DNA of 64,000 bases, taken from NCBI GenBank assembly GCA_963806835.1, contig CAWEAR010000033.1:33992-97991 (forward strand), read 5' to 3'. The translations under genes were made by a program, and so were the position numbers. The stretch is from an uncultured delta proteobacterium. GTDB lineage: Bacteria > Desulfobacterota > Desulfobacteria > Desulfobacterales > CAWEAR01. Below, one piece after another: positions 1 to 8,081 of the stretch; positions within the stretch are counted from its first letter, which is position 1, and each line of letters begins with the position of its first letter. The notes under the pieces are model-generated. The model was not told the DNA's origin. It saw only the letters and a list, made by a program, of their open reading frames with translations, and did not search any database.

Positions 1-123
1 TGCGGACTTTGCAGTTCTGTCTGTGTATCCAAAATGCCCGTTCTTCAATATATCAGGCTGGCAAAATATGAACTGAGCCGGATAATGAAAGAGAATGAGG
101 AGAAGGAGGCTGCAAATGCTTAA
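1..123 (+). CDS. rnfC: RnfC C-terminal fragment (gene runs off the 5' edge)
   Basis: Frame 1 is open from base 1 to TAA at 121-123: CGLCSSVCVSKMPVLQYIRLAKYELSRIMKENEEKEAANA*. The CxxCxxxC spacing fits the second ferredoxin-type cluster motif of RnfC. The stop overlaps the rnfD ATG (ATGCTTAA) and rnfD-G-E-A follow. Confidence 0.6.
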   Translation, partial: CGLCSSVCVSKMPVLQYIRLAKYELSRIMKENEEKEAANA

Positions 124-1069
124 TCAGAAGAAATTTATTGTTTCCCATGCTCCTTTTTGGCATAATGGAACAACTATATCTGCAAGAAGTTATAATATCA
201 TGCTGGCGGCTCTGCCGGCAGTACTGATGGGATTTATTCATTACGGGATGGCAGCGGTAGGCGTTATATCGCTCTCTATCTCTTCCGCAATTCTCTGGGA
301 ACTGGCATTTAACCGTATAGCTGAAAGTCCGGTCAGCATCGGAGACGGCAATGCTGCAATGATCGGGATGATCTTCGGTATGCTTCTTCCCGCGACAGCA
401 CCGTGGTGGTTTGTAATAATCGGTACTTTTTTGGCAATTGTTATCGGAAAACAGATTTACGGCGGTATCGGTGCAAATCCGTTTCATCCTGCGCTGATTG
501 CTGTTGCCATATTGGGGTTGTCATGGGGAGATGTTCTTGATTTTGATGAAGCGCTGAGAAATTATGACCTTGGCTTTACGATGGTATATCCGTTGGCTGC
601 ATTAAAATATTTCGGTGTATCAGCGATTGATGTATTCAGCGCAGGCGATTTGCTGATGGGAAAACAGGCAGGCGCTGTCGGCGCAACATTCGGACTTGGG
701 CTTATACTTGGCGGTATTTATCTGATTATAAGAGGGATTATCCGGTGGGAAATATCCCTTTCATTTTTGGCCGGTGTTATTATAACAGCATGGATATTCA
801 ATGCTTATGATTCCGCCAAATATGCAGGTGCCGGTTTCCATCTCTTAACAGGTTATACACTTATCGGCGCTTTTTTTCTGGCGACAGAGGATTCATCTTC
901 ACCCGTCAATTTTATCCCGATGCTGATTTACGGTGCTTTTGCCGGAATGATGACCGTACTGATCAGAAATATCGGCGCGCATGTTGACGGTGTAGTATTT
1001 GCTGTTTTAGTTGCCAATCTTATTAGCCCGCTTTTGGACAGAATCAGACCAAAAGTACTGGGAGCGTAA
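116..1069 (+). CDS. rnfD: Rnf electron-transport complex subunit D
   Basis: Polytopic membrane ORF. The C-terminal block FFLATEDSSSPVN...IYGAFAGMMTVLIRNIGAHVDGVVFAVLVANLISPLLD is typical of the RnfD/NqrB family. The ATG at 116 overlaps the rnfC stop. An alternative in-frame ATG lies at 95. Confidence 0.9.
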   Translation: MLNQKKFIVSHAPFWHNGTTISARSYNIMLAALPAVLMGFIHYGMAAVGVISLSISSAILWELAFNRIAESPVSIGDGNAAMIGMIFGMLLPATAPWWFVIIGTFLAIVIGKQIYGGIGANPFHPALIAVAILGLSWGDVLDFDEALRNYDLGFTMVYPLAALKYFGVSAIDVFSAGDLLMGKQAGAVGATFGLGLILGGIYLIIRGIIRWEISLSFLAGVIITAWIFNAYDSAKYAGAGFHLLTGYTLIGAFFLATEDSSSPVNFIPMLIYGAFAGMMTVLIRNIGAHVDGVVFAVLVANLISPLLDRIRPKVLGA

Positions 1070-1191
1070 AGGAGTGAGAAGTGGGAAGCGGGGAGTGAGA
1101 ATAAAGAATGCAAGTTCCTCTTGCGACTTGCAATATGCGACCTGCAACCTGTTTCAATCGTTAATTCTCAATCCAGAAAGGGTTTATTAAA

Positions 1192-1785
1192 ATGAGTGAA
1201 ATGATAAAAATGGTGGTTGTCCTCACAGCATTGAGCGCATTTTCCGGCGGTCTGCTGGCTGCGGTACGTGATAATACCAGGGACAGAATTGAAATCCAGC
1301 AGTTGCTGTTTGTTAAAGGTCCCGCTATAAAATCAATTCTTGAGGGAGCATCCAATGATCCGATTGCGGATCGGTTTAAAATAAAAGACGGTGAAGTTGA
1401 AAGAAATTTTTTTGTCGGTGTATTTGACGGAAAAGCAGAGACCATTGCCTTTGAGGCCGCGGGTAAAGGATACGGCGGCGCGGTCGGCGTGATGGTAGGG
1501 GTTAATACAAAAGATGATAAAATTGTCGGTGTTTGTGTCACAACCGATTCTGAAACCCCGGGTATGGGCGCAAAAGCAAAAACAGACCCGGCATTTCCTG
1601 CCCAGTTCAAGGGTATCAGCACACAAAAGCCTGTAAAAGTTACCAATGACGGCGGAGAAATCAATGCTATCGGCGGGGCAACCATTACATCCCGTGCTAT
1701 GTGCGCCGCAGCAACAGAGGCAAGTGATGTATATAACCGGCTGAAACCTCAGTTAGAGGAACAATTAAAAGCATTTAACAAGTAG
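1192..1785 (+). CDS. rnfG: Rnf complex subunit G (FMN-binding)
   Basis: 197 aa with an N-terminal membrane anchor. ETPGMGAK and GGATITSRA motifs are characteristic of the RnfG/NqrC FMN-binding domain. It sits between rnfD and rnfE. Confidence 0.85.
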   Translation: MSEMIKMVVVLTALSAFSGGLLAAVRDNTRDRIEIQQLLFVKGPAIKSILEGASNDPIADRFKIKDGEVERNFFVGVFDGKAETIAFEAAGKGYGGAVGVMVGVNTKDDKIVGVCVTTDSETPGMGAKAKTDPAFPAQFKGISTQKPVKVTNDGGEINAIGGATITSRAMCAAATEASDVYNRLKPQLEEQLKAFNK

Positions 1786-1884
1786 TCATTGGTATTGCGG
1801 TATTTAGTCATTGGTCATTGGTCATTATGCAAGGTGTAATGACTGAATCAGTAAACGACTGATGACTGATGACTGATGACTGAA
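1785..1884. repeat. Opposed heptamer arrays in the rnfG-rnfE spacer
   Basis: GTCATTG at 1785, 1807, 1814 and (GTCATTA) 1821. These are followed by the near-complementary array TAATGAC..CGACTGATGACTGATGACTGATGACTGA at 1838-1883. Confidence 0.8.
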
Positions 1885-1901
1885 AATAGGGAGAAAAATA
1901 T

Positions 1902-2512
1902 ATGGCAAAGACAGTTACTCAGGAGTTTCTCAAAGGATTATGGACTGAAATACCGCCTTTTCGGCTTGTACTTGGTCTGTGTCCGACATTGGCTATTACC
2001 AAAACAGTAGAAAACGGACTCGGAATGGGAGTGGCAGTCACCTTTGTTCTGGTCGGATCCAATTTTCTGATTTCGGCATTAAGAAACATTATACCCTCAA
2101 AAGTACGTATTGCCTGTTTTATCGTTGTTGTTGCAACATTTGTTACAGTTGTTGAGCTTGTCATGCAGGCATATACCTACTCGTTATTTCTCAAGATGGG
2201 TATCTTTATCCCTCTTATTGTTGTCAACTGTATTCCGCTTGGACGCGCCGAGGCATTTGCATATAAACAGGGAATACTCCCTTCATGTGCAGACGGGCTT
2301 GGTATGGGTATAGGTTATACTATGTCACTCTCTTCACTCGCAGCTTTCCGTGAACTGTTCGGAAGCGGAAATCTGACAATATGGGGAGATATGAAAATAA
2401 TGGAAATTTTTGGACATTCATTTCAGCCGTTTTCGTTTCTGCTTCAGGCACGGGGGCATTCGTTGCTCTTGGACTGATGCTTTGCCTGATGAATATCGCC
2501 GGAAAGAAATAA
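1902..2512 (+). CDS. rnfE: Rnf complex subunit E, apparent -1 frameshift near 2429
   Basis: RnfE/NqrD-like membrane protein (CPTLAIT, IPLIVVNC). The annotated frame stops at 2477. The expected C-terminus (V)FVSASGTGAFVALGLMLCLMNIAGKK* continues in another frame to TAA at 2510-2512. One extra G in CAGCC(G)GTT would restore it. Confidence 0.85.
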
Positions 2513-2524
2513 TTTTTGTTCAAA

Positions 2525-2557
2525 AAACCCTAAGGGACTTAAAAACCCTTAGGGTTT
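2525..2557. repeat. Palindromic element AAACCCTAAGGG-N8-CCCTTAGGGTTT (family P2)
   Basis: aaaccctaagggacttaaaaacccttagggttt lies between rnfE and rnfA. Related copies are at 38857-38890 and 50041-50073. Confidence 0.85.
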
Positions 2558-2578
2558 CAATTCATAAGGAGAAAATAA

Positions 2579-3154
2579 ATGGGTGATTATATTGCTCTTA
2601 TTATCAGTTGTATTCTGATAAACAATATTCTGCTTTCCCAGTATCTGGGCAACTGCCCATTTCTCGGAACATCCAAAAAGATGGAAACCGCTGTGGGTAT
2701 GGGAATGGCGGTTGTATTTGTTCTGGTGCTGGCTGGCGGTATAACATGGATTACCAAGGTATTTATATTGGAGAAATTCGGTCTTGAATATCTGCAAACT
2801 ATGGCATTTATTCTTATTATCGCGGCTCTTGTTCAATTTGTAGAAATGTTCCTGAAAAAGAGCATTCCGGCATTGTACACAGGACTTGGAATCTATTTGC
2901 CCCTGATTACCACAAACTGTGCGGTTCTGGGCGTCTGTCTGATCAACATCAATGAAGAATATACTTTTGTACAGTCTCTTGTTACTTCATTTGCTTATGC
3001 CACAGGCTTCGGTTTTGCCCTGGTTCTCTTTGCAGGTGTCCGGGAGCGTATTCTGCTGGCAAGAGTACCCAAGCCTTTGCAGGATACATCTATCGGACTG
3101 GTAACAGCAGGGCTTCTTTCACTTATATTCTTTGCGTTCAAAGGAATGGTATAA
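2579..3154 (+). CDS. rnfA: Rnf complex subunit A
   Basis: 191-aa six-helix membrane protein of the RnfA/NqrE family (LGNCPFLG, YLPLITTNCAVLG). It follows rnfE. Confidence 0.9.
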   Translation: MGDYIALIISCILINNILLSQYLGNCPFLGTSKKMETAVGMGMAVVFVLVLAGGITWITKVFILEKFGLEYLQTMAFILIIAALVQFVEMFLKKSIPALYTGLGIYLPLITTNCAVLGVCLININEEYTFVQSLVTSFAYATGFGFALVLFAGVRERILLARVPKPLQDTSIGLVTAGLLSLIFFAFKGMV

Positions 3155-3185
3155 TATCGCAGGTCGGGGTGAATGAATTTTTTTT

Positions 3186-3242
3186 AGACCTGCGGGGACC
3201 TCGGTGAGCTCAGTCGAACCGTTTTTAAAACCCCGCAGGTCT
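3186..3242. repeat. Hairpin element after rnfA (possible terminator)
   Basis: AGACCTGCGGGG (3186-3197) pairs with CCCCGCAGGTCT (3231-3242) across a 33-nt loop. A T-rich stretch (cttattttctt) follows. Confidence 0.5.
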
Positions 3243-3344
3243 TATTTTCTTATAAATCCACGGGAGGACAACTTGAAGACACAATCAATATCAATTGTGT
3301 AAAGATATTTGTTTTTCGTGGATTTTTTTATTTATATCAGTGAC

Positions 3345-3542
3345 ATGGAAAATATACGTGAAATTGCAAAGGTCTGTAGGAAAGTAAGCATAAAAAATCA
3401 GCAGAGCGATTTTGCTTACTGGCAGAGCAGGAGTTATGAGGAACGGCTGGCTTCTCTGGAAGAAATAAGACAGGAATATCACGGATCGGAAAATGATACT
3501 GAACAAAGACTTCAGAGAATTTATACAATTGTTAAACGATAA
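3345..3542 (+). CDS. Small hypothetical protein upstream of and overlapping a nucleotidyltransferase-fold gene
   Basis: ORF MENIREIAKV...ERLASLEEIRQEY...RLQRIYTIVKR. Its 3' end overlaps the next ORF by 50 nt. I recognise no family. Confidence 0.35.
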   Translation: MENIREIAKVCRKVSIKNQQSDFAYWQSRSYEERLASLEEIRQEYHGSENDTEQRLQRIYTIVKR

Positions 3543-3934
3543 CAATGTCCGCTATCTCGTCATCGGAGGTTATGCAGTAGCATTTCACGGACATCCCCGT
3601 TATACAAAGGATATTGATATTTGGCTGGATCTGACAACAGATAATGCAGAACACACGGTGAAGTCGCTTGAGCAGTTCGGATTTGGTTCACTGGGGCTGC
3701 AAACAGGAGATTTTCTTGTTCCGGATCAGATAATTCAGACTAGGTTATCCGCCTAACAGAATTGATCTGCTTACATCGTTGGAAAATATGGATTTTCAGG
3801 AATGTTATAATTCCCGGTCAGAATTTACGGTAAGCGGTGTGAAAATAAATTTTATTAATCTGCCGAATCTGAGAAAAAGTAAAAAAATTGCGGGACAATA
3901 TCAGGATTTAGCGGATTTGGAAAATTTGCAGTAA
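3493..3934 (+). CDS. Minimal nucleotidyltransferase-fold protein (frameshifted near 3735)
   Basis: N-terminal YLVIGGYAVAFHGHPRYTKDIDIWL fits a G[GS]..D.D nucleotidyltransferase signature. After the annotated stop the family-typical continuation LGYPPNRIDLLTSLENMDFQEC...QYQDLADLENLQ* reads on in another frame to TAA at 3932-3934. Confidence 0.6.
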
Positions 3935-3985
3935 GCAAAACCATCCATGTTGTATATTATTCATCTTTTAACAAAAAGAAGGAAA

Positions 3986-6391
3986 ATGATCATGAAACAG
4001 ATGATAAATCTCAATATTATATTTACACTGTTCTGCCTTGTCATTGGCGTAACAGCCGCAACAGCGCAGCAGCCGGAAGCAGAGGGAGACAAAACATTGT
4101 CCCCCTATTTTTTTGTCAAAAGCGACGACCCGAATGTGGATCAGCTTCCGCTGAAAGCGACCTCCGCGGATGTCAGCATTGCCGGTGTTATCGCGGATGT
4201 CAAAGTAACACAGGTTTATAAAAACGAAGGAAACAAGCCACTTGAAGCTATCTATATCTTTCCTGCATCCACCAGAGCCTCTGTATATGGTATGAAGATG
4301 ACCATCGGAGAGCGAACCATTATTGCAAAGATTCAGGAGCGGGAAAAAGCCCGTCAGGAGTATGAGCAGGCAAAGCAGCAGGGAAAAAGCGCATCCCTTT
4401 TAGAGCAGCAGCGTCCCAATGTATTTCAGATGAATGTTGCAAATATTCTGCCGGGGGATGAGATAAAAGTTGAATTAAGTTACACAGAATTGCTGATTCC
4501 CGAAAAAGGAATTTATGAATTTGTTTATCCCACAGTTGTGGGTCCCCGGTATTCCAATCAGCCCGCAGCTTCTGCACAGGCTTCTGAAAAATGGGTTGAA
4601 AATCCGTATCTTCATCAAGGAGAAAAACCGACATATTCTTTTGATATTGCTGTTCATCTTTCAGGAAGTATGCCGATTCAGGATGTTACCTGTTCAACCC
4701 ATAAAGTTGATGTCAGTTATACGGGAACTTCAATTGCTGAGATAAAACTTGATCCGTCAGATAAAACAGGCGGAAACAAGGATTATATTCTCAAATACCG
4801 GCTTACAGGAGGTAAGATTGAGTCCGGACTGCTCTTATATTCAGGTCAGACAGAAAATTTCTTCCTGCTGATGCTGCAGCCGCCTGAAAGGGTAACAAAT
4901 GCACAGATTCCGCCGAGGGAATATATCTTTATTGTAGATGTTTCCGGTTCTATGTACGGATTTCCCCTTGATATTTCAAAAAAGCTGATGAAAGACCTGA
5001 TTCAGGGATTACGCCCGACTGATAAATTCAATGTTCTGTTATTCTCAGGCGGATCCCAGCTCCTTTCAGAAAGCTCATTGCCTGCCACATCCGAGAATGT
5101 TGCTCAGGCGATTCAGTTGATTGAACAGCAGCGCGGCGGTGGGGGAACAGAGCTTTTACCCGCTCTGCAAAGGGCGCTGTCATTAAAAGGAACTGAAAAT
5201 TATTCCCGCTCGATGGTAATTGTAACAGACGGATATGTGGGTGTAGAGAAAGAAACCTTTGATCTGATTCGGAACAGTATGGGAAATGCAAATTTTTTCT
5301 CTTTTGGAATCGGCTCAAGCGTCAATCGTTTTCTTATTGAAGGAATGGCAAGGGTCGGTATGAGTGAACCCTCTATAATCACAAAACCGGATGAAGCGTC
5401 AAAAGAAGCTGAAAAATTCCGTGAATATATTCAATATCCTGTGCTGACAAGAGCAAAAGTTGATTTTGACAAATTTGATGTATATGATGTTGAGCCTCCG
5501 GGAATTCCTGATTTGCTTGCAGATCGTCCTGTGATTCTTTTTGGAAAATGGCGAGGAACTCCCAAAGGAAAGATCATCTTAAACGGAATTTCAGGGGAGC
5601 AGCAATATACAACAAGTGTTGATGTGAGTAAAGTCAAGCCTCTTGAGATCAACTCTGCTCTCAGGTATCTATGGGCGCGGCATAAAATTGCTCTGCTTGC
5701 AGATTATAACAAACTCTATCAGGATGATGCGCGAGTAAAAGAAGTTACCCGTTTAGGACTGACTTACAATCTGCTGACAGAATATACTTCTTTTGTTGCG
5801 ATTGACAGTCTGGTACGCCGTAAAGACGGGGAAATAACCACAGTAAAACAGCCCTTGCCTTTGCCGGAAGGTGTGTCTGATTATGCTGTGATGTCCAAGT
5901 CTATGGCAGCACCGCCTTCAATGAGTTTACGCGGAGCAGCAAATGAATCTATGACAGAGCAGAAAGTAACGGCAGAGCCGTCTCCTCCGCCGGTACTTGA
6001 TGAAAAACGTGCTGAAAAAGAAGAGCATGTTGACAAAAAAGATAAGACTATGCCGGTAAAAGGGAATGTTGTCAATACACCTGAAAAAATAAAGATAACA
6101 AAAAATCTTTCAAAGCAGGATGTTGAGCAGATAATCGCTCTGCATATCGGGGAGCTTGAAAAATGCTATCAGACGGCTTTGCTGAATGACCTCAGTTTAA
6201 AAGGAGAGGCTGTTCTGAGGGTGGTTACAGATTCTAAGGGAAAGGTCAAATCAGTTAAATTGACATCCGCTGATTTCACCGCCGAGTCATTGAAAGAATG
6301 TATTATAAAGATTGTAAATCAATGGCAATTCCCTGCAACAGCAGACGGAAAAGATGGGATTGTTGAGTATCTCCTGATTTTCAAACCGTAA
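3986..6391 (+). CDS. Secreted VIT + von Willebrand factor A domain protein with an AgmX/PglI-like (TonB_C-like) C-terminal domain
   Basis: Signal-peptide-like start MIMKQMINLNIIFTLFCLVIGVTAATAQQ. A VIT-type N-domain (ADVKVTQVYKNEG..IYIFPAS..VYGMKM) is followed by a VWA MIDAS motif (IFIVDVSGSM). The C-terminal ~90 aa (KCYQTALLNDLSLKGEAVLRVVTDSKGKV...QWQFPA) resembles the AgmX/PglI C-terminal domain. The ORF also opens at 3947. Confidence 0.75.
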   Translation: MIMKQMINLNIIFTLFCLVIGVTAATAQQPEAEGDKTLSPYFFVKSDDPNVDQLPLKATSADVSIAGVIADVKVTQVYKNEGNKPLEAIYIFPASTRASVYGMKMTIGERTIIAKIQEREKARQEYEQAKQQGKSASLLEQQRPNVFQMNVANILPGDEIKVELSYTELLIPEKGIYEFVYPTVVGPRYSNQPAASAQASEKWVENPYLHQGEKPTYSFDIAVHLSGSMPIQDVTCSTHKVDVSYTGTSIAEIKLDPSDKTGGNKDYILKYRLTGGKIESGLLLYSGQTENFFLLMLQPPERVTNAQIPPREYIFIVDVSGSMYGFPLDISKKLMKDLIQGLRPTDKFNVLLFSGGSQLLSESSLPATSENVAQAIQLIEQQRGGGGTELLPALQRALSLKGTENYSRSMVIVTDGYVGVEKETFDLIRNSMGNANFFSFGIGSSVNRFLIEGMARVGMSEPSIITKPDEASKEAEKFREYIQYPVLTRAKVDFDKFDVYDVEPPGIPDLLADRPVILFGKWRGTPKGKIILNGISGEQQYTTSVDVSKVKPLEINSALRYLWARHKIALLADYNKLYQDDARVKEVTRLGLTYNLLTEYTSFVAIDSLVRRKDGEITTVKQPLPLPEGVSDYAVMSKSMAAPPSMSLRGAANESMTEQKVTAEPSPPPVLDEKRAEKEEHVDKKDKTMPVKGNVVNTPEKIKITKNLSKQDVEQIIALHIGELEKCYQTALLNDLSLKGEAVLRVVTDSKGKVKSVKLTSADFTAESLKECIIKIVNQWQFPATADGKDGIVEYLLIFKP

Positions 6392-6398
6392 GGAGCAA

Positions 6399-6430
6399 AG
6401 AAGCTAAGTTTCTTAAAAAACTTAGCTTCT
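6399..6430. terminator. 13-bp-stem hairpin between convergent genes
   Basis: agaagctaagttt-cttaaa-aaacttagcttct. There is no clean U-tract on either strand, so its role as a terminator is tentative. Confidence 0.35.
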
Positions 6431-6445
6431 TAAAAAACTTCGGTA

Positions 6446-7763
6446 TTAATACATAAGCTCAGGTAAAAACAGAACAATCTGCGGAAAAACTGTCATAATA
6501 ATAATACCGGCAATAATGGCAATCAGAAAAGGAAATATACCTTTGAAGATAGTTTCAAGCGGAATACCGTTTTCAATAATCCCCTGTGCAATCCCGAAGA
6601 CCACATATACATTAATTCCGACAGGCGGCGTGATTACACCCATCTGAGTAACCAGCACAATAATAATTCCGAACCAGATCGGATCATATCCTATATCAGT
6701 AATTACCGGAAAAAAAATCGGAATCGTGAGCATAACCAAAGCAAGGGCATCCATAATACATCCACCGATAAAATAGACAAAAACTATTGCGCTGATAATC
6801 ATATACGGCGGCAAATTAAGCCCTCCGATCCATGAGGCAATGTTAAAAGGTATCCGGGTAACAGCAAGAAATTTTCCGAAGATAACAGCGCCGGCAATCA
6901 GCATCATGACCATACATGAGGTTCTTAGAGTTTCCTCCAGAGATTTGACAAATCCCTTCCATGTAAGCTGGCGCCTGATCAGAGCAATAACAAGGACTAT
7001 AAATGCTCCTACTGCCGCGGCTTCTGTCGGGGTAAAAAGACCTTTGAACATCCCGCCTATCACCAGAATGAAGACTATTAATGTATCACTCATGCCTGAT
7101 AAAGATTTAATCTTCTCTTTCCATGTAAATTTTTCACCCGGAGGTCCCTGATTCGGATCAATGCGGCACCAGATATAAACCGTAAGAATAAAGAGAAGTG
7201 TCAGCAGGAGAGCGGGAAAAATTCCTGCGATAAACAATGCGCCGATAGATTGCTCTGTAAGTACTCCATAGACAATCATTACCACACTCGGAGGCATGAT
7301 CATTCCAAGCCCTCCGCCTGACGCCACAGACCCTGATGCAAGTTCATCACCGTATTTATAGCGTCTCATCTCAGGCAGTCCTACGGTTGCCATAGTCGCG
7401 GCGGTTGCCGGGCTTGATCCGCATACAGCTCCGAATGCAGTACACGCAGATATTGTTGCCATTGCCAGCCCTCCGCGTGTGCTTCCGAAATATTTGTAAG
7501 CTGTGTCATAAAGCCTGCCACCCGATGCCGCTGTTAAATGCAAACTGCCCCATCAGGATAAAGAGCGGAATAGTTGTGAGTCCGTAAGAAGAAAATGCTT
7601 CATAAATATTTCTGGACAGAAGATTCAGCCCTCCTTTGCCGGAGACGATTATTGAAAAACCTGCATAACCGACCATTGCCATAACATAGGCAACAGGCAT
7701 CCGTGTCATAAAGACAGCCAACATAACAATAATACCGATAATACCGATAAGCGTAGTATCCAA
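6446..7763 (-). CDS. dctM: TRAP transporter large permease DctM (two ORFs joined by a homopolymer frameshift near 7520)
   Basis: The 85-aa ORF (7506-7763) and the 365-aa ORF (6446-7543) together match DctM architecture (LFILMGQFAFNSGIG|GRLYDTAYKYFGSTRGGLAMATI..GSSPATAATM). Reading GGG as GG in GGCATCGGGTGGCAGG gives GIGGRLYD. Confidence 0.85.
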
Positions 7764-7780
7764 TTTAATTACTCCTGAAA

Positions 7781-7982
7781 GTTTGTAATACTGCCTTTAG
7801 GCAGAGTTTGTAGTACCCCGCCTTTAGGCGGTGAATCAGATGATTATACTGATATGACAGACCGCAGAGTTTGTAGTACCGCCTTTAGGCGGTGAATCAG
7901 ATAATTATACTGATATGACAGACCGCCTAAAGGCGGTACTACGAACTTGGACAGACCGCCTAAAGGCGGTACTACGAACTTG
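7781..7982. repeat. Array of palindromic units GTAGTACCGCC-TTTA-GGCGGT (family P1), both orientations
   Basis: At least five copies of (G)TTTGTAGTACCGCCTTTAGGCGGT or its complement ACCGCCTAAAGGCGGTACTACGAACTT, between the dctM start and the tpsA-like stop. Confidence 0.9.
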
Positions 7983-8081
7983 TTGTGATAATAACATGCT
8001 CATCAGATAAAGAATATCCGCCCCGTTTAACAATTATTTTTTTGATCTGTTTTGTATCTTTCTTTTCATTTTGAAACATTT

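Noticed and set aside
53-1685. Antisense or overlapping ORFs inside well-supported genes. Examples: 53-487(-), 928-1113(-), 1161-1685(-), 6840-7151(+), 9556-9855(+), 18210-19556(+), 24639-25997(+), 39676-40848(+), 51250-51678(-) and 53759-54076(-).
   Set aside because: Each lies opposite a long ORF with clear family signatures and has low-complexity or unrecognisable content. They are most likely non-coding shadows.
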